Shown piece after piece: positions 55,477-63,900 of a DNA stretch of 64,000 bases. The stretch is taken from positions 9,508-73,507 of the forward strand of contig JAFGML010000021.1 of assembly GCA_016927555.1 (NCBI GenBank). Reading direction: 5' to 3'. How positions within the stretch are numbered: the first letter of the stretch is position 1; each line of letters begins with the position of its first letter. The position numbers were made by a program, and so were the translations under genes. The DNA is from Thermoplasmatota archaeon (GTDB lineage: Archaea > Thermoplasmatota > E2 > DHVEG-1). The notes under the pieces were generated by a model, which had not been told where the DNA came from, made no database searches, and saw only the letters and a list, made by a program, of their open reading frames with translations.

Positions 55477-56736
55477 TTACTCAGTGATTGCTCCTAGGAA
55501 ATCACAATAGGGGCAGCGAAGTATTCCCTCTGTATCATTGAGTGTTGTGGTAAAAGTCTTCTGACACATAGGGCAGGAGACTTCAACAGCAGGAGAGGGT
55601 AGCCGAATAGAGGTTACCTGTGCGTCCTTTGTATTTCTCACAGCTGAGGATTTTCTTGGTGAGGCCCGAGGTGCCTTGGTCTTTTGTGATGAAGTTTTTT
55701 TATGAGACATAGTAGTTTTTTGTGTATTTGAGGATGGTTCAGACGATGCTGTTGTCGTTATTTTCTGTATGGGTACACACACCAACTCAGGAGCCACAGC
55801 ATCCTCCGGAATAGTGATTTTCTGTTCTTTTACCATGGAGAGGACTTCACCAACGACGACTTCATCAATCATGATGGAACGCTTCTTTGCAGCGTAATCA
55901 ATGACAACATCAGCAAGCTTGAGGAGATGACGAGGGTTGCCAGCCACATCTAAATTGAGAAAAGCGACGCCCTCGGGGGTGAACGGGTACAAAGGGTCCA
56001 CATCATCAACGAGTCGTTTCTCTAAGAGTCTTTTGGCAATCATCAACTGTGCTTCTTCATCGCTGAGCGGTGGGATTTGGATTTTTCGGTTTATCCGTTC
56101 ATGCAGGGATTTGTGCTGCTCCATGAGTGATTCGAAATACTGCTGATCACTGCTGATCATAATCATCACGCCTTGGTCAATGTGGTCAATCATGACGTGC
56201 AGTGTGTGTAAGAACCGCTCAGCATCCTCCACCCGTGCAAGGTGATGAAAATCATTTATTAACAGAAACGAAGGGGCATTATTGTTTAAAGCATCAGCGA
56301 TGATTCTACCGGCTTTATCAGGATCGTACTGCTTCTCTGCTTTCTTAAGTTTCTTTTTAACCGACTTGTACCACTTCGGAGCAGAGAACAGACGAGTGAA
56401 GAAACCAAGGTGGCTTTGAAGAAGGAGTAGATGCAGGATGCCTTCGACGACCCAGCGGGTCTCAAAAGTCATGTTCTGAAACACATAGAACGCGTTGTTG
56501 CGTTTTGCTTCATTTGCCACCAGCAGCAGTCGCTCGGTTTTCCCAGCACCAAGCCCACCAAGCACTGCAACAACCGCTTTGTTTTCCTTGTAGAATACTT
56601 CCTCGCGCATTCGAGCTAAATCTTCATCAACCCGCTGAACGACATGGAAGATGTCAACGTTCTCCAAACTCTCACTGGAGAGATCTCGGAACGGATTGCT
56701 ACTTAACCCATAGCGTTCATATCCTGTTTTCTGCAT
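55477..56736 (-). CDS. ExeA/AAA_22-like P-loop ATPase with a disordered Ser/Thr/Lys-rich linker and a C-terminal zinc ribbon
   Basis: YGLSSNPF N-terminus, Walker A GGLGAGKTERL, Walker B-like LLINDFHH, C-terminal CPMCQ...CPYCD. Confidence 0.6.
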   Translation of the reverse strand: MQKTGYERYGLSSNPFRDLSSESLENVDIFHVVQRVDEDLARMREEVFYKENKAVVAVLGGLGAGKTERLLLVANEAKRNNAFYVFQNMTFETRWVVEGILHLLLLQSHLGFFTRLFSAPKWYKSVKKKLKKAEKQYDPDKAGRIIADALNNNAPSFLLINDFHHLARVEDAERFLHTLHVMIDHIDQGVMIMISSDQQYFESLMEQHKSLHERINRKIQIPPLSDEEAQLMIAKRLLEKRLVDDVDPLYPFTPEGVAFLNLDVAGNPRHLLKLADVVIDYAAKKRSIMIDEVVVGEVLSMVKEQKITIPEDAVAPELVCVPIQKITTTASSEPSSNTQKTTMSHKKTSSQKTKAPRASPRKSSAVRNTKDAQVTSIRLPSPAVEVSCPMCQKTFTTTLNDTEGILRCPYCDFLGAITE

Positions 56737-56752
56737 AGTGCTTGTTCACTTC

Positions 56753-57367
56753 CTACGTGACCCGTGCGCGAAGATCGATGCTGATCTTTTTGCCATCAAA
56801 GGTGTAGTAAATATTATCATTGAAGGAATCACGGTTCATCCATTTGGAAATCCGAATATACCGTGCGATTCCCTTTGTCGTCTCTTTGGATAAAAAATGA
56901 ATAATACCATCAGCAAGGTGACCTATGGTGATCTGGACTTTCTCATCAAGCATCCCGTACTCCAGTGAGAGCAGGAGAATGGTGTTGTGTTGTTTGCACA
57001 GACTATCCAGCTCCTCAACAATGGTTCGGACTTCTGATAAGGTCTTGTCAAGAACCAAATAGGAAAACGAGTCGATGATAAGCACCGCATCTCTCCTGAT
57101 GAAATCCTTCCAGTGGCGATGGGAACGCTCTTCAACAATTTGACACTTGGTTGAATCGGTGTACTGCGACAGTTCAGCGACAACCTCTTCTTTTGCCCGC
57201 GAGGCGATGTACACAACCTCTTTTTTGTGTTTCACGGCAAGCCCTGCTACAGTTTGAATAAAGATCGTCTTAATGGGGTCAATCGTGCCTTGGACGACAA
57301 CAATGTTCCCATTTGGGATTTCTTGTATGAATTCGTTTAATCCAGCTATGTGAATAGGAATCCCCAT
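56753..57367 (-). CDS. KaiC/RecA-superfamily FlaH(ArlH)-like protein with a degenerate Walker A
   Basis: GLNEFIQEIPNGNIVVVQGTIDPIKTIF (GxxGxGKT degraded to GTIDPIKT) and a VLIIDSFS Walker B-like strand. ATG 57367 preferred over the longer track ORF. Confidence 0.55.
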   Translation of the reverse strand: MGIPIHIAGLNEFIQEIPNGNIVVVQGTIDPIKTIFIQTVAGLAVKHKKEVVYIASRAKEEVVAELSQYTDSTKCQIVEERSHRHWKDFIRRDAVLIIDSFSYLVLDKTLSEVRTIVEELDSLCKQHNTILLLSLEYGMLDEKVQITIGHLADGIIHFLSKETTKGIARYIRISKWMNRDSFNDNIYYTFDGKKISIDLRARVT

Positions 57368-57452
57368 AGGAGCCAATATCCTCTTTTTTATTATCGCTAA
57401 GAATACTATATTTCTTAAAGATATTGAACATAATCTATGGACCGCCTTAGTT

Positions 57453-57462
57453 TCTATATAGA
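57453..57462. promoter_or_regulatory. TCTATATAGA palindrome in the divergent flaH-like / pilin-like intergenic region
   Basis: The same perfect 10-bp palindrome as at 42904. A further TATAGA at 57483-57488. Confidence 0.5.
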
Positions 57463-57529
57463 CATACATACCATGCATACATTATAGACATCATTTTTAA
57501 GATACGGAAAAAAGTACGTAAATCTACCT

Positions 57530-58423
57530 ATGAGAAAGTGTACTTACGAGGAGCAAGCAGTCTCTATTATCATTGGAGCGTTAATGCTTACCGTCATTGT
57601 CGTGTCAGCAGCAACAGCGTTTGCAGTGTTCACCAGTCAAAAACAAAAGGAGCTGCAGGAAGCACAGTACGCCTCCTTACAACGAGATCTCGAACAGCTA
57701 GCCATTACAAGGATCTCCACCATCCACTACAACAGCTCAAATCATTTAGAAAACATTAGTTGTAGCATCGTCAGTCTCCACGCAGATGACTCACGCATTA
57801 TTTCAATGAGTCTGAACGGCAATTACCTCAGGTATTTTCACCTCACCAGGCAAGACTACACACTAGAAGAGTGGAAAATCAATTCAACAACAGGTGAATA
57901 TGTCTTACAGAGTGTAACAGACAGTCAGGGTGCCGTGATCTATAATGGAAGCACAAGTTTTAACACATCGAATGAAAAATATTCATACTACCCCTTGACA
58001 GTGTTATCTCGAGAACGAGTGCTTCTTACTATAGACAATGCATCGAGCACAAGTGTATTCCTTATTCGGCATATTCTTAGCAATGATGCAATTACTTTGT
58101 CGGTGTACACAAGTTTAACCAATGAGTTTTCAAAGACGTTCTATCCACCGACAGCAATCATCCGTCTCATTACTGAGTCACAGTGGAATAGCACAAGTAA
58201 TGACTATGAATCAGTCATCATCTTGGATGGCTCCCTCTCAGATCATCCTTCACTAGATGCCTACATTGTATCATGGATATGGACAGTCGATGGAAATCCA
58301 CTGAGCACATCGGGAAGAAAAATCCGTGCACCAGATAGCCTTCTCATAGGGAACCATAACATCACCTTGAGTGTCACTGATAATTTTGGCATGAACAGCA
58401 CCAGCACAATCACATACCCCTAG
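57530..58423 (+). CDS. Type IV pilin-like protein (class III signal peptide) with a C-terminal PKD-like domain
   Basis: N-terminus [34 protein letters not shown] (archaeal pilin N-domain type). Many N-x-S/T sequons. C-terminus [10 protein letters not shown]...[12 protein letters not shown] (PKD-like). Confidence 0.7.
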   Translation: MRKCTYEEQAVSIIIGALMLTVIVVSAATAFAVFTSQKQKELQEAQYASLQRDLEQLAITRISTIHYNSSNHLENISCSIVSLHADDSRIISMSLNGNYLRYFHLTRQDYTLEEWKINSTTGEYVLQSVTDSQGAVIYNGSTSFNTSNEKYSYYPLTVLSRERVLLTIDNASSTSVFLIRHILSNDAITLSVYTSLTNEFSKTFYPPTAIIRLITESQWNSTSNDYESVIILDGSLSDHPSLDAYIVSWIWTVDGNPLSTSGRKIRAPDSLLIGNHNITLSVTDNFGMNSTSTITYP

Positions 58424-58439
58424 CGAGGAGGATTTTTTT

Positions 58440-59207
58440 ATGGCACTGAAGAAAAAACCTAAAATCACCATCAACAATCTGAATCTGTGGTATGGCGACA
58501 AACAAGCACTCATCAATGTTTCGATACAGATACCGGAACATAAAATAACCGCACTCATCGGCCCCTCCGGATGCGGAAAATCCACACTCATCCGCTGCTT
58601 AAACCGTATGAATGACACCATCGATACCTGTAAGACAAGAGGTGAAGTACATCTTGATGGACACAATATCTACGCTGATGATGCAAACGTCGTGGCAATA
58701 CGTAGAAAAATCGGCATGGTGTTCCAGAAACCAAACCCCTTCCCAAAAAGTGTGTACGACAACATCGCATATGGACCGAAAATGCAAGGAATTAAAGACA
58801 AAAAAATTCTTGACCCGCTGGTCGAACAAACCCTGAGGAAAGCAGCGCTTTGGCAGGAAGTTGTTGATCGATTACATGAATCAGCTATGGGATTGTCGGG
58901 AGGTCAACAGCAGCGACTCTGCATCGCACGTGCCTTAGCTATTGAACCGGAGGTCATCCTCATGGATGAGCCCTGCTCCGCCCTTGACCCCATAGCGACT
59001 GCAAAAATAGAGGACCTCATGGTAGAGCTAAAAAAAGATTACACGGTCGTCATCGTCACTCATAACATGCAGCAGGCAGCACGCATTAGCGATTACGCTG
59101 CGTACATGTACCTCGGCAAGATGATCGAATTTTCATCAACAAAACAACTCTTTGAAAACCCTAAAGAAGAACTCACCCAGAACTATATCACCGGGAGATT
59201 TGGATAA
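58440..59207 (+). CDS. pstB: Phosphate ABC transporter ATP-binding protein PstB (set 2)
   Basis: Walker [10 protein letters not shown], signature [15 protein letters not shown]-terminus YITGRFG. Very similar at protein level to PstB at 40845, but with many synonymous differences. Confidence 0.9.
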   Translation: MALKKKPKITINNLNLWYGDKQALINVSIQIPEHKITALIGPSGCGKSTLIRCLNRMNDTIDTCKTRGEVHLDGHNIYADDANVVAIRRKIGMVFQKPNPFPKSVYDNIAYGPKMQGIKDKKILDPLVEQTLRKAALWQEVVDRLHESAMGLSGGQQQRLCIARALAIEPEVILMDEPCSALDPIATAKIEDLMVELKKDYTVVIVTHNMQQAARISDYAAYMYLGKMIEFSSTKQLFENPKEELTQNYITGRFG

Positions 59208-59211
59208 CACG

Positions 59212-59928
59212 ATGCAGAATTCTGCTTCTCCCCAGTACTTCACTCTCTCTGAGAAAGGGACAAAACGTTCGAGGAATGAGGATTGCTTTCTTGTGGAAAC
59301 CCACCAAAATCACTACTTGTGTGCAGTCGCTGACGGCGTTGGTGGTCTGCAGAATGGTCATGTTGCAAGCAGTCATGCAATCTCAGAACTACGACAATTG
59401 TTTAGAGGACGACAGATGGGTCTGAAGGACTGTTTTCACCTCATCAACACATCGTTAGTACGAGAGAACCAGAAGCATTCACAGACCAGCGCAACCACAC
59501 TAACCTCGGTACTCATCAACGTAGAAACCATGGAAGCAATGATAGCCCACGTCGGAGATAGCAGAGCGTACGTCATCACTGAAACACTATGGAGAACACA
59601 CGACCATAGCTTGGTTGAGCAGCTCGTTGATCTCGGTGTGATTACTGAGGAGGCAGCATTTACTCATCCCGAAAAGCATAGGATTACACAAGCACTAGGA
59701 ATCAATACAAGTATTGGTGTTGAGGTGAATTACCAAGGACTCAAGAACGCGATCTTGTTACTCTGTTCAGATGGGCTACATAATTTTGTTCGTGACAGAG
59801 ACATTGCTACCATCGCTCGAGAGCATGACCCACAAACAGCCTGTATACGATTAATGGAAATTGCGCGAACACAGGGGAGTAATGATGACATCACAATCAT
59901 ATTTTTCAAGATAGGAGATGAAAGGTAA
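59212..59928 (+). CDS. PP2C-family Ser/Thr protein phosphatase
   Basis: RSRNEDCF, AVADGVGG, LLLCSDGL and GSNDDITII motifs. ATG 59212 lies 5 nt after the pstB2 stop. Confidence 0.8.
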   Translation: MQNSASPQYFTLSEKGTKRSRNEDCFLVETHQNHYLCAVADGVGGLQNGHVASSHAISELRQLFRGRQMGLKDCFHLINTSLVRENQKHSQTSATTLTSVLINVETMEAMIAHVGDSRAYVITETLWRTHDHSLVEQLVDLGVITEEAAFTHPEKHRITQALGINTSIGVEVNYQGLKNAILLLCSDGLHNFVRDRDIATIAREHDPQTACIRLMEIARTQGSNDDITIIFFKIGDER

Positions 59929-60130
59929 GCATGGGCGCTCACCTGCTTGTTCCACATCCCCACCCCTATGGAGAGGACTAGTCTCTATATAATATATGTG
60001 CAGAATAGATATAAACTAACAAGAGGATGATTAGATGCATACACTCTCCTCCTAAGGAAAGTACGTCTTCATCCCACCCCATCTCCCTACCCGTACTTTC
60101 CCTTTTTTTTTTATTTACGCATAAAGTGAG

Positions 60131-60904
60131 TTATACTTTGTTTTTTTCAGGTTCGTAGTACCGATTCTGACAGCATCCATCAGTGAGAGAAAACTCCACC
60201 ATGGTCTTCATCTCCCCGGTTCGCACATTCATCACTTGTACTTTAATCTGGTGGTCGTCGATGTCAATGACATTAAACGTGTTGCCGAAATGCGCCCGGG
60301 TGCGGTTACAGGAAAACGTGCCTGCGTTGACCAAGAGTGTCTTATGGATTTTCACGGCCCAGGGGACATGACGATGACCCATCAACACGAGTGGGACTTC
60401 TTTGCGTAGAATCAAATCCAGGGTTTCCCCAGCATCCTCAATAATGTTGGTTTCTCGCCCTGAGCCAGGTACCGGAACCAGATGATGATGGAACCCCACT
60501 ATCGTAAGTTTCCCTGCAGTAACACATTCTTCGATCTTTCGATACCGCCCTCGTCCTAGACGCCCGTCGTCCTTGTCAGGCTCGCTGGATGCTAGACCAA
60601 TCAATGTCACCTGTGGTAATGTATGAACAAAATCAGTTTCACCGAAAAACTCAGGAAACAACTTGAACCCCAGGTTCCGCTCATCATGGTTCCCCGGCAC
60701 CACAAATAACCGACTTGTGATTTCCTGGGTTTTCTTGGCTGCTAGCTCGTATTCGGACAACAGTCCATCCGTGGTGAGATCACCAGAGACAAACACAAAA
60801 TCACAGTGAAGGCCGTTAAGCATCCCAACTGCCTTGTCAAAAATCTTTGGGTTGAAATCCGTCCCTTGCGTAGAATGAATATCAGAGATATGACCAATTC
60901 TCAT
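60131..60904 (-). CDS. Calcineurin-like metallophosphoesterase
   Basis: MRIGHISDIHS, SGDLT, GNHD, GFHHH and GHRH motifs. Confidence 0.8.
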   Translation of the reverse strand: MRIGHISDIHSTQGTDFNPKIFDKAVGMLNGLHCDFVFVSGDLTTDGLLSEYELAAKKTQEITSRLFVVPGNHDERNLGFKLFPEFFGETDFVHTLPQVTLIGLASSEPDKDDGRLGRGRYRKIEECVTAGKLTIVGFHHHLVPVPGSGRETNIIEDAGETLDLILRKEVPLVLMGHRHVPWAVKIHKTLLVNAGTFSCNRTRAHFGNTFNVIDIDDHQIKVQVMNVRTGEMKTMVEFSLTDGCCQNRYYEPEKNKV

Positions 60905-61120
60905 AGAGCTAGGAACACGTTGGAATATTAAAAGATTGTATGTTCTACTACAATCTGCTGAGATACGCCTGATGATAAAAATATTTTTAAGGTGATATTA
61001 ATTGTAAAATAACTGCACCGGAGTAGGCAAAAAAATATGTTACAAATGTAACGATTATTATTATGAGGAAAACATTTAAATTCTGGTCCCCTATGTATAT
61101 TTATTTGACGGAGGTATAAT

Positions 61121-61459
61121 ATGAAGACAGTAAAATATTTAGGTATCATAGGTATATTAGCTCTCCTTCTGATTCCCACCAGTTTAGCAGTGGCACTACC
61201 ACAAGAACAAGAGGAACAACCAACAGACCTTGGCTGGACGTTTCTTCGAGGATTTATCACAAAACCGAGTCTGACCAACGCTGGTCAAGATGTTCAGTTC
61301 CGAGCCATCCTTGTCCACTACCGCACCCATATCTTCGGTGTCAGCCAACGAGGAGTTCTCCGAGGATTTCAAAAAATCGTCCTCCCAAATGATTACACGG
61401 GCATCTTAGGCAACCACTACGTGTTTGCGCGATTTGACGGACGAATGACGTTTCTGTAA
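61121..61459 (+). CDS. Small secreted protein of unknown function (paralog of 15810-16157)
   Basis: Signal peptide. Shared blocks with 15810: TD(I/L)G.T(Y/F)(I/L)RG.ITKP.L.N.G.D..FR...VHY.T...G....G.L..FQK..L.ND..G..G......FARF.G. Confidence 0.6.
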   Translation: MKTVKYLGIIGILALLLIPTSLAVALPQEQEEQPTDLGWTFLRGFITKPSLTNAGQDVQFRAILVHYRTHIFGVSQRGVLRGFQKIVLPNDYTGILGNHYVFARFDGRMTFL

Positions 61460-61566
61460 TCCAAGGGAAAAAAAAGAGGAGTCTTGTTTTCTTTTTCTTT
61501 CTTCACCAATTACATGTACTAGGGGTTATATAGAAGAAAGCGAATTCGAGAGGGTGGGATGGTCCT

Positions 61567-62076
61567 ATGGATGTGTTTGACGCAATCCTCACCAGACGAA
61601 GTATCAGAAAATACAAGCAGAAACCAATAGGGTCAGATTTCCTTCAGAAGCTCTTATCCGCTGGGTTTCAGGCGCCCTCTGCTGGGAACCAGCAACCCTG
61701 GCACTTCGTGGTTCTTGATGACCGGAAGTACCTCAACGTCATCCACACGTTTCATCCCAGTGCCAAGATGCTGCAGGAGGCAGATGCGGCGATCCTGGTC
61801 TGTGGTGACCTCCACCTAGAGAAATTCAAGGGGTACTGGATGATTGACTGTGCTGCTGCAACTGAGAATATCGTGCTTGCAGCGCATGGCCTTGGGCTTG
61901 GTGCCTGCTGGCTGGGCATTTACCCCAGGGAAGGCCGTGTGGCCGGGATGCGCAAGCTGCTGCGCCTCCCTAGCCATATCATCCCGTTTGCCCTCATCTC
62001 GCTCGGGTACCCCGCTGAGGAGAAACCCAGTGAAGACCGGTACAATCCTGAACGGGTGCATCAGAACAGCTGGTGA
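61567..62076 (+). CDS. Nitroreductase family protein
   Basis: MDVFDAILTRRSIRKY N-terminus, QPWHFVV block, 169 aa. Confidence 0.8.
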   Translation: MDVFDAILTRRSIRKYKQKPIGSDFLQKLLSAGFQAPSAGNQQPWHFVVLDDRKYLNVIHTFHPSAKMLQEADAAILVCGDLHLEKFKGYWMIDCAAATENIVLAAHGLGLGACWLGIYPREGRVAGMRKLLRLPSHIIPFALISLGYPAEEKPSEDRYNPERVHQNSW

Positions 62077-62077
62077 C

Positions 62078-62860
62078 TTACTTGTACATGATTTTTCGTC
62101 CAGCGGCATCCCGGTGATACTTGCCGAAGTCAGTGATTTTCTGTAAGGTGGTGCCATCGAAAATAGGGCCGTCAACGCACACGCGTAAGCCGTCTCCTAC
62201 GCAGCATTGCCCGCAGAGACCCATAGCACATTTCATGTACCGCTCCAGTGATGCTTGAAAACGAATGTGCTTACACAGCTTATGTAAGGTTTTCATCATG
62301 AGCTCTGGTCCACAGGTGTACACGGCATCGATGTGTTCTTTTTTCAGTACGGTTGCTGCGAGGTCTGAGGCAAACCCCTTCTCCCCGTAGGATCCATCAT
62401 CAGTGGTGACGTACACAGTAGCTCCTGTGCGTTTCATGTGCTGTTCAAAGAAGAGTTCCTGGTGTGTTTTCACGCCAATGATGACGGTTGTTTTAACTTT
62501 TTGTTTCCGTGCGTGTTCAATGGCTGGTGCCAGCATCGCTATCCCGGTGCCACCGCCGACAAACAACAGATGCTTTCCTGCGATGGTAAAACCGTTGCCG
62601 TAGGGGCCTCGGATGCCGATGTGGCTTCCTGCGTTCAGTTGAAACAGTTGGTGTGTTGCGTCTCCCACGTCGCGAAAGGTGATCGCTTTCGTTTTCAGGG
62701 TGATACGTGAGACGCTCATCGGTATCTCGTCGACACCAGGTATCCAGATCATGTAGAACTGACCAGGGATGACGGGTGCAGGGTGTGCAAAGGTGATGGT
62801 TTTGACGTCTTTGGTTTCAAGTGTCGTCGATTGGATCGGAGTAATAATGGGAATGTTCAT
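62078..62860 (-). CDS. pyrK: Dihydroorotate dehydrogenase electron-transfer subunit PyrK
   Basis: FAD/NAD-binding FNR-like fold (GGGTGIA) and C-terminal 2Fe-2S Cys cluster CAMGLCGQCC. Overlaps pyrD by 4 nt. Confidence 0.8.
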   Translation of the reverse strand: MNIPIITPIQSTTLETKDVKTITFAHPAPVIPGQFYMIWIPGVDEIPMSVSRITLKTKAITFRDVGDATHQLFQLNAGSHIGIRGPYGNGFTIAGKHLLFVGGGTGIAMLAPAIEHARKQKVKTTVIIGVKTHQELFFEQHMKRTGATVYVTTDDGSYGEKGFASDLAATVLKKEHIDAVYTCGPELMMKTLHKLCKHIRFQASLERYMKCAMGLCGQCCVGDGLRVCVDGPIFDGTTLQKITDFGKYHRDAAGRKIMYK

Positions 62861-63765
62861 GGGAGGGCAGCTCCTACGAGTTGTGAGACGTTGGTGTAGC
62901 CATGGGCAGACATCCAGTCTTTGAGTTCTGTGCAGACCGCTCTGAACACGTCAGGGCCGCGGTAGTACACCGCTGAGCCGAGTTGCACTGCAGAGGCTCC
63001 AGCCATGAAGTATTCTACCGCATCCTGACCCGTGGTGATACCACCAACACCGATGAGGGGCAATTTGATGTGTTGCGCAAGGTCGTAGATGCAGCGGACG
63101 CCGATGGGTTTGATGGCTCTGCCGGAGTACCCACCGGTCTTGTTGGCAAGAATCGGCTGTCTGGTCTCTAGGTCGATTTTCATGGCTTTGACGGTGTTGA
63201 TGGCCACAATAGCATCAGCGTTTCCTTGTTCAGCGGCAGAGGCGATCTCAACGATGTTCGTCACATTCGGTGAGATTTTCACAAACACGGGGATGGTCAC
63301 TTGCTCGGTGACCGCTGTAACAATTTTGTAGAGTAGTTGAGTATCACAGCCGACTTCCATGCCGTAGTGCTTGGCATGGGGGCAACTGACGTTGAGTTCG
63401 ACTGCGGCGGCACCGCAGTGTTGCATTGTGTCTGCAAGACGGGCAAATTCGTCTGGTGTCGCCCCGTAGATACTTCCAATGATAGGGACACGTGATTTCT
63501 TTAAAAGTTGAAGTTCGTCCTCATAGGCATCTATCCCTGGGTTGGGGAGTCCCATGGCGTTGAGGAGTCCATACTCAAGCTCAAGGACTGTGGGGTTTGG
63601 GTAGCCCTCTCGCGCGTGCAGTCCAATGGATTTGGTCACGATAGCGCCAGCACCGCTCCGGATCATCCGGTGCATACTGCCAGCATCTTCGTCCATGATG
63701 CCTGATGCCAGCATGGTTGGATTTTTTATTCGTAGCGACCCAATGGTTGTGCTGATGTCGACCAT
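62857..63765 (-). CDS. pyrD: Dihydroorotate dehydrogenase catalytic subunit PyrD (class 1B)
   Basis: LRIKNPTMLASG, NVSCPH, GGYSG and GVGGI blocks. ATG 63765 preferred over the track's longer ORF. Confidence 0.85.
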   Translation of the reverse strand: MVDISTTIGSLRIKNPTMLASGIMDEDAGSMHRMIRSGAGAIVTKSIGLHAREGYPNPTVLELEYGLLNAMGLPNPGIDAYEDELQLLKKSRVPIIGSIYGATPDEFARLADTMQHCGAAAVELNVSCPHAKHYGMEVGCDTQLLYKIVTAVTEQVTIPVFVKISPNVTNIVEIASAAEQGNADAIVAINTVKAMKIDLETRQPILANKTGGYSGRAIKPIGVRCIYDLAQHIKLPLIGVGGITTGQDAVEYFMAGASAVQLGSAVYYRGPDVFRAVCTELKDWMSAHGYTNVSQLVGAALP

Positions 63766-63900
63766 CGTACCACCAGCATATGAACAACAATCACCTATAA
63801 AGTCATTTTCACAGAGACGAAGGGATGTACGTTCCAGTGAACAATACATCCAAGTCTTAACAATCGTTATTTATATATAGTGAAAACTGGTTATCCTACT

